DNA of 64,000 nucleotides from Candidatus Binatia bacterium (GTDB lineage: Bacteria > Desulfobacterota > Binatia > Bin18), in assembly GCA_963664395.2 (NCBI GenBank), contig OY761159.2, forward strand, positions 1,664,001 through 1,728,000, read 5' to 3'. A model generated the notes under the pieces. The model made no database searches, was not told where the DNA came from, and saw only the letters and a list, made by a program, of their open reading frames with translations. This document shows positions 49,183 to 61,649 of the stretch, in pieces. Within the stretch, counting starts at the first letter, position 1, and each line of letters begins with the position of its first letter. The position numbers and the translations under genes are program-made.

Positions 49183-49208
49183 TCGGCCCGTCAGCGACGA
49201 GTATCAGA

Positions 49209-50798
49209 ATGTCATATAAAGTGCTTATTACAGATCCGCTCGCCCCGCAGGGCGTAGCGCGGCTGCAAGCGCAGTCCGATATAGACTTTGCCGTCCAACC
49301 GGGACTGACCGAGCAGGAGCTTGCACAGCAGATTGGCCCGTATCATGGACTGATTATTCGAAGCGGAACACGGGTCACTCCAGAGGTCATTACGGCAGCA
49401 CAAAACCTGCGCGTGATTGGTCGGGCAGGCATCGGCGTCGATAATATCGATGTCGAGGCCGCAACCAGGCGTGGCATTGTGGTCATGAACACTCCTGGCG
49501 GGAATAACGTCACCACCGCCGAGCACACCATCTCTCTGCTCCTCGCTCTGGCCCGGAATATTCCGCAAGCAACCGCCTCGCTCAAAGCCGGCCACTGGCA
49601 GCGCTCACAATTCACGGGGACCGAAGTCTGCAATAAGGTCCTCGGCCTGGTCGGCCTGGGGAATATTGGCACCATTGTCGCAGAGCGCGCCCTGGGGCTG
49701 CGGATGCGGGTCGTTGCGTACGACCCCTTTGTCACCTCAGAAGCGGCCGCCAGGATGAATGTTGAACTCGCACCGCTTGACGAGCTGTATCGGCAAGCAG
49801 ATTTTATTACCGTTCATACGCCGCTGACAAAGGAAACGCGGGGTCTTATCGATGCAGGGGCCTTTGCGCACATGAAAGAGGGTGTCCGGATTATCAATTG
49901 CGCGCGGGGTGGGATCGTAGACGAGGCCGCCCTCCTTGAGGCGCTTGAGAGCGGCAAAGTCACGGGCGCGGCCCTGGATGTGTTTGTTGACGAGCCGCCC
50001 CCCACCGACCACCCCCTGCTACGGCGTCAGGATGTTATTTGCACCCCGCACTTGGGAGCCGCAACAGACGAGGCACAGATCAACGTCGCGATTGCCATTG
50101 CCGACCAAGTCGCCCATTTCCTCCAGCGGGGTGTCATTCAGAATGCCGTGAATTTTCCAGCCTTGAGTCAAGAGCAACTGATCATTTTGGAGCCGTATCT
50201 CCTCCTGGGAGAAAAACTCGGCAGCTTTCTGGCGCAGATTACGCCGCACGCCCCGCGTGAGATCCACATCGAGTACAGTGGGGACATTACTGCGTATGAG
50301 GTCGCGCCAGTCACCGCCGCAGTACTCCGAGGGGTGCTCAGTCCGCTTCTTGAACAGACGATCAATTATGTGAATGCACCGCTGATTGCTCGTGAGCGAG
50401 GCATACGCGTCGTCGAGTCCCGGAGCAACACTTCAAGTGACTTTTTGAATTCGGTCACTGTCAGCGTGCAGACCAGGGACAGTACGAACACCGCAGCGGG
50501 CGCGGTCTTTAGCAATCAGACCGTGCGGCTTGTGCGGGTCAATCATTTTCATCTGGAAGCCGTCCCTGAAGGGACGATTTTACTGCTGAACAATAAAGAT
50601 GTGCCTGGGGTGGTCGGTCAGGTGGGCACCCTCCTCGGCACCTTGGGGATCAATATTGCCGGTTTGGAACTGGGTCGAGAGAAAATCGGTGGAGAAGCCA
50701 TCTCCCTGATTCATGTCGATGACCAAGTCTCGCCTGATATCTTGGCGGCATTACGCAGACTCGACTCCATTCTGTCGGCCCAACTGATTCGTTTATGA
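49209..50798 (+). CDS. serA: D-3-phosphoglycerate dehydrogenase
   Basis: RAGIGVDNID, GLGNIG, NCARGG, PHLGA, C-terminal ACT domain. Confidence 0.96.
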   Translation: MSYKVLITDPLAPQGVARLQAQSDIDFAVQPGLTEQELAQQIGPYHGLIIRSGTRVTPEVITAAQNLRVIGRAGIGVDNIDVEAATRRGIVVMNTPGGNNVTTAEHTISLLLALARNIPQATASLKAGHWQRSQFTGTEVCNKVLGLVGLGNIGTIVAERALGLRMRVVAYDPFVTSEAAARMNVELAPLDELYRQADFITVHTPLTKETRGLIDAGAFAHMKEGVRIINCARGGIVDEAALLEALESGKVTGAALDVFVDEPPPTDHPLLRRQDVICTPHLGAATDEAQINVAIAIADQVAHFLQRGVIQNAVNFPALSQEQLIILEPYLLLGEKLGSFLAQITPHAPREIHIEYSGDITAYEVAPVTAAVLRGVLSPLLEQTINYVNAPLIARERGIRVVESRSNTSSDFLNSVTVSVQTRDSTNTAAGAVFSNQTVRLVRVNHFHLEAVPEGTILLLNNKDVPGVVGQVGTLLGTLGINIAGLELGREKIGGEAISLIHVDDQVSPDILAALRRLDSILSAQLIRL

Positions 50799-50805
50799 GT
50801 CTTGA

Positions 50806-53035
<2,230 letters not shown>

Positions 53036-53061
53036 AAAATGTAACAGGCTGATATCCTCAA

Positions 53062-53118
53062 ATTAGGAGTTGGGGAGCGGGGAAGCCCAGCCCCCAACTC
53101 CTAATCCCCAATCCCTAA
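53062..53118. repeat. Intergenic inverted heptamer-repeat element
   Basis: Perfect 14-bp inverted repeat ATTAGGAGTTGGGG / CCCCAACTCCTAAT plus extra CCCCAAT-CCCTAA units. Confidence 0.8.
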
Positions 53119-53145
53119 GAGACCCACGGGCGATGTGATTATTCT

Positions 53146-53829
53146 CTATGCATCAACGGTCTCGCCGGACAGCGCTACTCCGTCGAGATGGACAATGCTG
53201 TTAATACTATGAATCTCCGTCTCTCCGTTTGGAAAGAGAGAGACCTCGCTCACTCCGGTATTGCCAATTTTTTCAATCTGGCCGAATTGGTTCATATCCA
53301 GACCACGACAGTGCAACAGGAAAGCCCGCACCGCACCGCCGTGGGTCACCACGATAATCTGTTCGCCCCTATGGTCTCGGATAAACTGTTGACTCGATTG
53401 CAGTAAGCGACCTTGAAACTGGGCAAAGGTTTCGCCCCCGCCGCGTGGCAGGTCTTCGCCTTGTCGCAGCCGCGCCCATTCCTCGGCATGTCGGGTCGCC
53501 ACCTCAGACGTTGTCAGCCCACTCCAGGTGCCAATATCCATTTCACGCCACGCCGCTGTTTCAAGCGGCGTGACACCTAACACCTGGCCCAGGATATCTG
53601 CGGTGTCCCGCGCGCGACTGAGATCGCTGGTATAAATCGCCCGAATAGGCCGTTCTTCATTCTGGAGACGGCGGGCGAGCTGCCGCGCCTGGTCATAGCC
53701 CGTCTGGCTGAGCGGCGTGTCGGCCTGGCCCTGCCAGCGGTTTTCTTGATTCCAGACGGTCTCTCCGTGTCGGACCAAGAGTACACGAACGCCCTCACCT
53801 CTCCCTGCATCCCTTACGTCACTTGGCAT
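53146..53829 (-). CDS. Histidine phosphatase family protein
   Basis: RHGET.WN, SDLSRA, THGG. Confidence 0.92.
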   Translation of the reverse strand: MPSDVRDAGRGEGVRVLLVRHGETVWNQENRWQGQADTPLSQTGYDQARQLARRLQNEERPIRAIYTSDLSRARDTADILGQVLGVTPLETAAWREMDIGTWSGLTTSEVATRHAEEWARLRQGEDLPRGGGETFAQFQGRLLQSSQQFIRDHRGEQIIVVTHGGAVRAFLLHCRGLDMNQFGQIEKIGNTGVSEVSLFPNGETEIHSINSIVHLDGVALSGETVDA

Positions 53830-53981
53830 GGCTGGCCTCGGTACCGCTCTGTAGCATGTCCACACGGGGATGGCTACAAGACCCGAGGCTCTCTGGATCG
53901 GACCGGATGCCCTCAGACGATTGGCATTTCAGCTGAGGGTATGCTAGCAGGGGGTGGATTTTCCGCCCGCGGAGGAGAGCT

Positions 53982-54869
53982 ATGCAGTACGGTGCGTTTC
54001 TGCCCCATCTTGGGCCACTGGCACAAGGGGATGTCCTCAACCGCCTCAAGACCACCGCCCAAACGGCTGAAGCGCTGGGCTTTGATTCTGTCTGGGTCGC
54101 CGATCATATTATTACGCCCAAGCAGATTGCCTCCCGCTATCCCTACAGTCCGAACGGCAGCTTTCCTCTGGACCCGCAGGCGCCTCTGCTCGAACCCCTG
54201 AGCGTGCTGAGTTTTGTAGCCGCCTGCACCCACAAGGTCCGGTTAGGCACGGCGGTACTCGTGCTGCCGCACCGCAACGCGATTGTCACGGCCAAGACGC
54301 TGGCCACCCTGGATGTCCTATCAGCAGGTCGGCTCATCTGCGGCGTGGGGGTCGGCTGGATGGAGGAAGAGTTCAATATTCTGAATGCGTCTTTTGCCGA
54401 CCGCGGTCCGCTCAGCGAAGAAACCATCGCGGTCATGAAGGAATTATGGACCAACGAAAACCCCTCGTTTACGGGTCGCTTTTACCAATTTAGCGAGGTC
54501 GGCTGTGAGCCACGACCCGTCCAAAAACCCCATCCGCCAATCCAGATTGGCGGCCATACCGGCCCGGCCTTGCGACGCGTGGTCGAACACGGCGACGGCT
54601 GGCCTGCCGTGGTGTTCAGCCCGCAAGAGTTTGCCCAGCGGGTAGATACACTCAAAGAAAAAGCGGCCAAGGCTGGCCGCGACCTGTCCGAGATTACCCT
54701 GTGTGTGTCCCCCCGCGGCAAGAAGCCAGACGAGATCCTCGACGATATTCCCCGCTACCAGGAACTCGGCGCAAGCTATCTGTATTTGGCCTTCTTTAAT
54801 TTCGCCCGGACGTATGCCGACATGATGAAGATGATGGAAAAGTTCGCCCGGGATGTGGGCGTAGCGTAG
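53982..54869 (+). CDS. LLM class (putatively F420-dependent) oxidoreductase
   Basis: GFDSVWVADH, LGTAVLVLP, ATLDVLSAGR, PVQKPHPP..IGG. Confidence 0.9.
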   Translation: MQYGAFLPHLGPLAQGDVLNRLKTTAQTAEALGFDSVWVADHIITPKQIASRYPYSPNGSFPLDPQAPLLEPLSVLSFVAACTHKVRLGTAVLVLPHRNAIVTAKTLATLDVLSAGRLICGVGVGWMEEEFNILNASFADRGPLSEETIAVMKELWTNENPSFTGRFYQFSEVGCEPRPVQKPHPPIQIGGHTGPALRRVVEHGDGWPAVVFSPQEFAQRVDTLKEKAAKAGRDLSEITLCVSPRGKKPDEILDDIPRYQELGASYLYLAFFNFARTYADMMKMMEKFARDVGVA

Positions 54870-54952
54870 TGCGGCAGAGCGGGTTTGCCGCATAGCTCTA
54901 TTGTCCCCGTTCCCTCCGAAACGCTCTACACAAGAAGCAGGAATGCGCAGGT

Positions 54953-55771
54953 ATGCCGACACCGAGTGAGGCCAAGACAAAGGCGGCCACGACCTATAAC
55001 GCGGCGGCTGACGCCTACGACCTGAGTGCCAACTCGTTTTGGGGCCGCTTCGGCCGCCGGACGATCGACCGGCTCGACCTGTCGCCGGGCGCGCGCTGCC
55101 TCGACGTTTGCTGCGGCAGTGGGGCCTCAGCGATACCTGCGGCGAAAAAGGTGGCGCCTCATGGCTCGGTGCTCGGGGTTGACCTTGCCGAGGGGCTATT
55201 GGAGTTGGCGCGCGCTAAGGCCGCCCGCCAAGGGCTTGAGAATATCGAGTTCCGGGCCGGTGATATGTTAGACCTCGGCCTGCCCGACGGCCACTTCGAT
55301 ACCGTAGTCTGTGTGTTCGGCATATTTTTTGTCCCCGATATGCCTGGGGCGGTCAGGGAACTCTGGCGTATGGTCGCTCCAGGTGGAGTGCTCGCCATCA
55401 CAACCTGGGGGCCACATTTCTTTGAGCCTGCCAACACGGCGTTTTGGGATGCCGTCGCAGCGGTCCGACCCGCACTCTACAAAGGCTTCAACCCCTGGGA
55501 TCGTATCTCCGACCCCGGCTCTCTTCGGGCCATGCTGGAAGAGGGTGGCATCCGCGACATGCAGGTTGTCAGCGAGACCGGCGTCCATTCCCTGCGCTCA
55601 GCGGAAGATTGGTGGGCGGCCGTTCTCGGCTCGGGTTACAGAGGGACGCTTGAGCAGTTGGAGCCGGCCGAGCGTGAGCAGGTTCGCCAGGCTAATCTCG
55701 CCTCTATCCGGGCCAATGGCGTGGCGGCGGTCGAAGCCAACGTGCTCTACGCGACCGCAATCAAGCCATGA
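54953..55771 (+). CDS. Class I SAM-dependent methyltransferase
   Basis: LDVCCGSG, GVDL, FDTVVC, PGG. Confidence 0.9.
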   Translation: MPTPSEAKTKAATTYNAAADAYDLSANSFWGRFGRRTIDRLDLSPGARCLDVCCGSGASAIPAAKKVAPHGSVLGVDLAEGLLELARAKAARQGLENIEFRAGDMLDLGLPDGHFDTVVCVFGIFFVPDMPGAVRELWRMVAPGGVLAITTWGPHFFEPANTAFWDAVAAVRPALYKGFNPWDRISDPGSLRAMLEEGGIRDMQVVSETGVHSLRSAEDWWAAVLGSGYRGTLEQLEPAEREQVRQANLASIRANGVAAVEANVLYATAIKP

Positions 55772-55901
55772 GGCAAGAGCCCGCCCGGTTCATGACCACA
55801 CCTGAGAGGCGAGCCGTTTCATAAAATCCTGGCTGCGGGTTTTTCTTCTCCGCATCCACGTGATAAGGCACAAGCACGAAAAAAGATGTGGAAAATATCC
55901 T

Positions 55902-56333
55902 ATGCCTAGATTTCTTATATTCTGTCTCTTGCCGCTCATTGTTCTCGTGGGCGGTTGCTCCGAGCCTGAGGTCTACAAACCGCTCATCCAAATTTCGAAT
56001 GCGAAACTCACCCGTCCGGCCGAAGATGTCCTGCGTGTGACCCTGGACTATGAGTTAGTACCTGAGGAGCGCTTGCCTTTGCCCTACAAAGAAATCGTTA
56101 TTTCCCCGCTGGAGCCGCAGGTGAAGATCTTTGCCGCCCTGGAAGAATTTATCCTGTCGGTCGATACGGTCATTATCAAGATCGGCATTCCCCCCCAATC
56201 CGTTGATTGGCAGGAATTGAGCGACCCGGACGAGTGTTGTGTGGTGTCCTTAAAAGGGCTGGTAGAAGAAGGTGGGACCTACGAGCGGATAAGCAATCAT
56301 GTGCGCGTCCTGCCGCCGGAGCCACCCCAATAA
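55902..56333 (+). CDS. Hypothetical lipoprotein
   Basis: Signal peptide with lipobox VGGC. Confidence 0.65.
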   Translation: MPRFLIFCLLPLIVLVGGCSEPEVYKPLIQISNAKLTRPAEDVLRVTLDYELVPEERLPLPYKEIVISPLEPQVKIFAALEEFILSVDTVIIKIGIPPQSVDWQELSDPDECCVVSLKGLVEEGGTYERISNHVRVLPPEPPQ

Positions 56334-56366
56334 CCGCAGGCATATATCACGCTACAGGAGGGAGTC

Positions 56367-57479
56367 ATGGCAACAATCATTGACGCAGACGGACACCTGC
56401 TTGAGCCACCGCGCGTGTGGGAAGAATATACCGAGCCGGCCTACCGGGCCCAGGTGATTCAGATTGCTCAAGATGCGGAAGGGGTTGACTGTCTCAAAAT
56501 CAACGGCGAGCTGCGGCGCGATCGCAATATGGCGATTGCCGCGGCCTGCACACCCGGTGGCATGTCAGACGCCCAGCGGGCACGTACCATGTCTTGGGAC
56601 GACATTGTCCCTGGCGGCTACGACCCGCACGAACGGATCAAAGATATGGATCTTGAAGGCATTGAGGTCGCTTTTTTCTATCCGACCCTGTGGCTCATCT
56701 ACGGCGATATCACCGACCCGCCGGTCGCAGCCGCAGCCTGTCGCGCCTATAACAACTGGCTCGCTGACTTCTGCAAAGCCTATCCGCAGCGTTTTTATGG
56801 CGTGGCGCCTCTGCCCTTACAGGATGTCGATGAGGCCATTACCGAAATGCGTCGCGTCGTCAAAGAGCTGGGCATGCGCGCAGTCTTTGTGCGCCCCAAT
56901 CCATTTAATGGCCGCCGGCTCAACGACCCAGCCTATCATCCCCTCTGGCAGGAGGCCCAGGAACTCAATGTTCCCGTTGCCATTCATGGCAGTTTCGGCA
57001 CCAGGATGCCGACCCTTGGCCAGGAGCGCTATAAGGACCCGTTCTTTTTCCACATGGTCTGTCACCCGTGGGAACAGCAGGGCGCCTGTATGGATATTAT
57101 TTGTGGTGGTGTTTTAGCCCGGTTTCCCACACTCAAAGTGGCGTTTCTGGAGTCCGGGGTCGGCTGGCTCGGCTATTGGCTGGACCGTATGGACAGCCAT
57201 TTTGATACCATGGGCCATTATGTCCCGTGGCTCAAAAAGCGGCCGAGTGAGCACTTTCGCGAACAGTGCTTTATCTCTATGGACCCGGACGAGAGCAGCC
57301 TGAGCAGTATTGCTGAGCTGGGGCTCGAAGAGTGTGTCGTTTGGGGGTCGGACTATCCCCACTTCGACTGCACCTTTCCCGGTGTGGTTGACGAAGTCAA
57401 AGCCTCATGTGCAAAACTCTCCCTCCACGCACAGCAAAAAATCATCGGTGAGAATGCCAAGCGGCTGTACAATTTGTAG
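56367..57479 (+). CDS. Amidohydrolase_2 family protein
   Basis: DADGH, AYNNWL, AIH, ESG.GW, WGSDYPH. Confidence 0.92.
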   Translation: MATIIDADGHLLEPPRVWEEYTEPAYRAQVIQIAQDAEGVDCLKINGELRRDRNMAIAAACTPGGMSDAQRARTMSWDDIVPGGYDPHERIKDMDLEGIEVAFFYPTLWLIYGDITDPPVAAAACRAYNNWLADFCKAYPQRFYGVAPLPLQDVDEAITEMRRVVKELGMRAVFVRPNPFNGRRLNDPAYHPLWQEAQELNVPVAIHGSFGTRMPTLGQERYKDPFFFHMVCHPWEQQGACMDIICGGVLARFPTLKVAFLESGVGWLGYWLDRMDSHFDTMGHYVPWLKKRPSEHFREQCFISMDPDESSLSSIAELGLEECVVWGSDYPHFDCTFPGVVDEVKASCAKLSLHAQQKIIGENAKRLYNL

Positions 57480-57501
57480 GCATCGAAGAAGGAGAGACTC
57501 C

Positions 57502-58692
57502 GTGGACCTGGCATATTCCAAAGAAGACGAGGCGTTTCGGAAAACGGTGCGGACCTGGCTCAAAGCAAACGTGCCGAAAAAAGACAAAACCGCGAGTGAC
57601 TTGCCGCCGAATGATCCCACCCGCATTCAACGCGCCAAGGACTGGCAGCGCAGGCTGCATGAGGCCGGCTATGTCGCGCTCGGTTGGCCGAAAGCCTACG
57701 GCGGTCGGGGCGACACCGACATTATGCACCAGACCATTGTGAATGAAGAACTGGTCCTGGCGCGTGCGCCGGGTCTGATCGGCGCGTCCGGTTTGACCAT
57801 GCTCGGCCCCACCCTGCTGCAAGTCGGCTCCGAAGAGCAGAAACAGCGCTATTTGCCCACAGTCCTCAGCGCAGAAGAAATCTGGTGCCAGGGCTATTCC
57901 GAGCCGGGGTCGGGCTCGGACCTGGCTTCGCTTCGGACCAAAGCCGAACTCGTTGGCGACGAATTCATTATCAACGGCCAAAAGGTCTGGACCTCCGGGG
58001 CGCAGTTCTCGGACTGGATGTTCTGTCTGGTGCGGACCGACCCGGATGCGCCCAAGCATCGCGGCATCTCATATATTTTGATTGATATGAAGACACCCGG
58101 GATCACGGTCCGCCCCCTCGTTCAAATGACGGGAGACGCCGGCTTTAACGAGGTCTTTTTTGAGGATGTGCACGTCCCGCGAGCGAATGTGGTCGGCGAA
58201 CTCAACCAAGGCTGGCTTGTCGCCAATGCTACCCTTTTTCATGAGCGCAATATGTTGGGCTCGACGACCCGTACGCAGCTCATGCTGCAAAACCTCGTGC
58301 GCTTGGCCCGCAGCCATAGCCGCTATGGCCAGCCCGCGGCGCAAGACCCGCTCATCCGCCAGCAATTGGCCGACCTGACAACGCGGGTCGAGGCCATGAA
58401 ATACCACTCCTTTCGGCAACTCACAGATGCAACCAAAGGCAGGCAGCCTGGCATTGGAGCCATGGTGAATAAACTGGTCGGGACCGAACTGAACCACGAT
58501 ATTTGCGCGATTGCCCTTGAAATCATGAATTCCTATGCCCCGCTCAACCGTGGGGCCTCACACGTTATCGACAATGGCATCTGGCCGTATGAGTTTATGT
58601 TCACGCTGGGTCTCGTTATCGGGGGCGGGACCTCCCAGATTCAGAAGAATATCATTAGCGAGCGTGGGCTGGGCATGCCGAAGTCGCACTAA
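57502..58692 (+). CDS. Acyl-CoA dehydrogenase (probable catalytic subunit of a heteromeric pair)
   Basis: WCQGYSEPGSGSDLASL, NGQKVWTS, FNEVFF, LFHER, GGGTSQIQ; GTG start with RBS. Confidence 0.92.
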   Translation: MDLAYSKEDEAFRKTVRTWLKANVPKKDKTASDLPPNDPTRIQRAKDWQRRLHEAGYVALGWPKAYGGRGDTDIMHQTIVNEELVLARAPGLIGASGLTMLGPTLLQVGSEEQKQRYLPTVLSAEEIWCQGYSEPGSGSDLASLRTKAELVGDEFIINGQKVWTSGAQFSDWMFCLVRTDPDAPKHRGISYILIDMKTPGITVRPLVQMTGDAGFNEVFFEDVHVPRANVVGELNQGWLVANATLFHERNMLGSTTRTQLMLQNLVRLARSHSRYGQPAAQDPLIRQQLADLTTRVEAMKYHSFRQLTDATKGRQPGIGAMVNKLVGTELNHDICAIALEIMNSYAPLNRGASHVIDNGIWPYEFMFTLGLVIGGGTSQIQKNIISERGLGMPKSH

Positions 58693-58736
58693 CTCAGCCC
58701 AGGCAGACGCTTTTTTCACCCAGAAGGGGCCTCACT

Positions 58737-59864
58737 ATGGACTTCGGCTTATCGGAAGAACAAGACCTGCTCCAGCACTCAGCCAGAGAATTTCTGACAC
58801 GGGAATGCCCGCCCCAGTTCGTGCGTACGCTGTTAGACGACGCGCATGGTTTTTCGCCTGAGTTGCATCGGAAAATGGCAGAGCTGGGGTGGACCAGCCT
58901 GCTTGTTCCGGAAAAATTCGGTGGTCTCGGTCTCGGTCTGCTTGATATGGCTCTGCTGCTCGAAGAGATGGGCAGAGCCGCGGTTCCAGGTCCGTTTCTT
59001 TTTTCTTCAGCCCTGGCCACTTTCGCCATTATGCGTGGCGGCAGTTCCGCTCAGAAAAAAGCCTGGTTGCCCAGGCTCGCCTCGGGTGAGGCCATAAGCA
59101 CCCTGGCCTTTCTTGAAGCCAGCGACCGCCTGGATGCCGCCGGCATCACCCTCAAGGCCAAGAAAAAACGCGAGGGATATATGCTGAGCGGCACCAAGAT
59201 GTTTGTCCCGTTTGCCCCTGTTGCCGACGTTTTTGTGGTGGCAGTCCGAACCAGCGGGAAAGGAGAAAAAGGCGTCAGTCTTGTTCTGGTCGAACGAGAC
59301 GCCCCAGGTCTCAGCATGCAACCGCTGGACATTTTTGATCGGACGCGACGCGTGTACGAGGTCAAGTTCAAGGAGGTTCCGATCTCCGGCTTTCTTGGCA
59401 GGGAAGGCAGAGGCTGGAAACTGCTTGCCCAGCTTCAAGATATGGCGTGCGTTGCCTTATCCGCCGACAGTCTTGGGGGCGCACAACAAGCGCTCGATAT
59501 GGCGGTGGAGTACACCAAAATTCGCGAGCAGTTCAACCGGCCGATTGCCTCCTTCCAGGCCCTCAAACACATGGCGGCCGAAATGGTGAGCGAGATTGAA
59601 CCGGCCCGCTCTTTAGTCTGGTATGCCGCCTACGCGTTTGACACGCGCGCCGATGATGCGTCTCGTGCGGCGTCTGTTGCCAAGGCCCGTCTGTCCGAGG
59701 TCTATACCCGCGCGACGAACAAGGCCGTGCAAATGCACGGCGGGATTGGTTTTACCTGGGAGCACGATATGCACTTCTGGTTCAAACGGGCCAAGTGGAA
59801 CGAGTTTGCCTTCGGCGCCGCCGCCTATCACCGGGAGCGCATCGCGCAGTTTGACGGATATTGA
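58737..59864 (+). CDS. Acyl-CoA dehydrogenase (probable partner subunit)
   Basis: REQFNRPIASFQALKH, QMHGGIGFTWE. Confidence 0.92.
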   Translation: MDFGLSEEQDLLQHSAREFLTRECPPQFVRTLLDDAHGFSPELHRKMAELGWTSLLVPEKFGGLGLGLLDMALLLEEMGRAAVPGPFLFSSALATFAIMRGGSSAQKKAWLPRLASGEAISTLAFLEASDRLDAAGITLKAKKKREGYMLSGTKMFVPFAPVADVFVVAVRTSGKGEKGVSLVLVERDAPGLSMQPLDIFDRTRRVYEVKFKEVPISGFLGREGRGWKLLAQLQDMACVALSADSLGGAQQALDMAVEYTKIREQFNRPIASFQALKHMAAEMVSEIEPARSLVWYAAYAFDTRADDASRAASVAKARLSEVYTRATNKAVQMHGGIGFTWEHDMHFWFKRAKWNEFAFGAAAYHRERIAQFDGY

Positions 59865-59965
59865 TGCGGAGGAATTCCTATTGGCATCACACCGGAACAG
59901 GATTAAATGATTACGTGATTATCCTGATAATCTGATAGTCCAGATCAATACGAGAGACTTTTTTC

Positions 59966-60688
59966 ATGCCGCTATGCTCTTTCACTGTCGTGTTTCTTCT
60001 GCTGGGGAGTCTCTTCTCATTTGCTCAGGCCCAATCGGAACCGCACCTCCCGCTCGGTGCGGAGTGGCAGTCAACGCTGGCGCACATAGAACAATTACCC
60101 AGTCTTGAACGCGAGGCAGATGGAAGCCTGAAAGCCGCGGCCACCATCCGCTCGGGTCCTGAAATCGTGTTGTACGCCACATGGCAAGCACGGACTGTTA
60201 CCTTTCGGATTGATCGCAATTTCGGCTTATATGCGCTTGGCATCGAGTTGGTGCCCGAAGCGGTCCAGCACGCGCCCGAGACAGACGACTCCGAACTCCG
60301 CGACCTGGAACACCGCGCCCCCATGCGCCTGGCAGTAGTGAATAAATACGGGAGACCGCAGGGGCTCACCAACCAGTGGGACGGCCTTGATGTCAGTCCC
60401 TTGCCAGACTCAGGCTGGAAGAGAGCCAATGTGACCGACTGGTCCTACGCTCTGTCCTGGCTGGTTTGGAAAGGCCAGGCAACCCGCATTGCCGTCGGTG
60501 AACAAGAAGTCTGGTATGTCAGTCAAGCCCAGCTCGACCGGCGCAAGCAAGCCCGGGCGTTACTCGAACAGCACGCCGGGGCCGTTCAAGGGGTCGATCT
60601 CGTCCGCCAAGCTGAGCGCCAGCAGCGCCTCGACCGCGCGCGGGACGCCATTCCAACGCGGGCAGAAGCGTTGGCACCGTTATTGTAA
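59966..60688 (+). CDS. Hypothetical exported protein
   Basis: Signal peptide ending AQA; no recognised motif. Confidence 0.65.
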   Translation: MPLCSFTVVFLLLGSLFSFAQAQSEPHLPLGAEWQSTLAHIEQLPSLEREADGSLKAAATIRSGPEIVLYATWQARTVTFRIDRNFGLYALGIELVPEAVQHAPETDDSELRDLEHRAPMRLAVVNKYGRPQGLTNQWDGLDVSPLPDSGWKRANVTDWSYALSWLVWKGQATRIAVGEQEVWYVSQAQLDRRKQARALLEQHAGAVQGVDLVRQAERQQRLDRARDAIPTRAEALAPLL

Positions 60689-60926
60689 AGCGGCGCGCGC
60701 CGTTGCCAAACAGCGGGCCGAGTAGGCTTTGGCCAACGGAAGGCTGCGCTCACCCCTGGGAACGTGTCTGTCTATGCTCAATTGGCTCTCATGCGACGAG
60801 GAAAAAGAGCCGCACCGGGTTGGCAGCTCTGTGGGAGAAAACGGAGCCGCTCAGCTATGAAGAGCGCTCCGTAGCGGTGAGAGCCTCAATGGTGTTGAGG
60901 CTCTTCGGCGCTGGAATCAGGCAGGC

Positions 60927-61145
60927 TTACCCCTCTTCGTCGGGCGCGGCCCACTCGTCAGGAAGAGGCTGCGGGCCGGGTCGAATGCCGGCAATGTCGG
61001 GATCATCGCCTCCTTCAGCGCGAGGGTTTGCCGCTTTTCGCGCTTTGGCCTCGCGCCTCCGCTCAGCTTTCTCCTTTTGCTTTTGTTGACGGTATTGTTC
61101 CCGTTGGCGCTTGAGAAAACTCGTAGGTTTTGCTCTTCCTGGCAT
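60927..61145 (-). CDS. Small basic coiled-coil protein with DPDIAGI.PGPQP motif
   Basis: GAGG RBS; ATG 4 bp after the RRM gene stop; K/R/E/Q-rich helix. Confidence 0.7.
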   Translation of the reverse strand: MPGRAKPTSFLKRQREQYRQQKQKEKAERRREAKARKAANPRAEGGDDPDIAGIRPGPQPLPDEWAAPDEEG

Positions 61146-61149
61146 ACCT

Positions 61150-61413
61150 CTACCACCGACGTTCGCGGCGCTCCCTGGGTCGTGCTTCATTGACTGTCAG
61201 CGCCCGTCCCATAAACTCATATTCATGAAAACGTTCAACAGCCGTTCGGGCTTCATCATCGTTTTCCATTTCGATAAAGCCAAACCCGCGAGAGCGTCCG
61301 CTCTCTCTATCGGTAATAATATTCGCTGATGCGACTATACCAACTTCGCCGAATAACGCTTCGAGATCAGCCGGGGTTGCATCCCATGAGAGATTACCAA
61401 CAAATAACTTCAT
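61150..61413 (-). CDS. RRM-type RNA-binding protein
   Basis: RNP2 LFVGNL, RNP1 RGFGFIEM, VNEARP; GGAGG RBS. Confidence 0.95.
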   Translation of the reverse strand: MKLFVGNLSWDATPADLEALFGEVGIVASANIITDRESGRSRGFGFIEMENDDEARTAVERFHEYEFMGRALTVNEARPRERRERRW

Positions 61414-61649
61414 CACAACAATTGCCTCCTCTGGCAAGAAAATAGACCCGGCGACCTAGCAGTAGTTCGTCTGGGTGAATACCTTACAAATCATATTTGG
61501 ACGGGGTTCGATAGGGGTATCAAAATTTTTCCGGACCAACCCGCGCGGCGTGCTCCCTTCCATTGCGCCGTCCGCTCCCATGCCTGCTGGGGTACTGCTT
61601 TGATCATGGTGGGGCAGGGAGAACGATATCATCCCATCCATTGGTTCGA

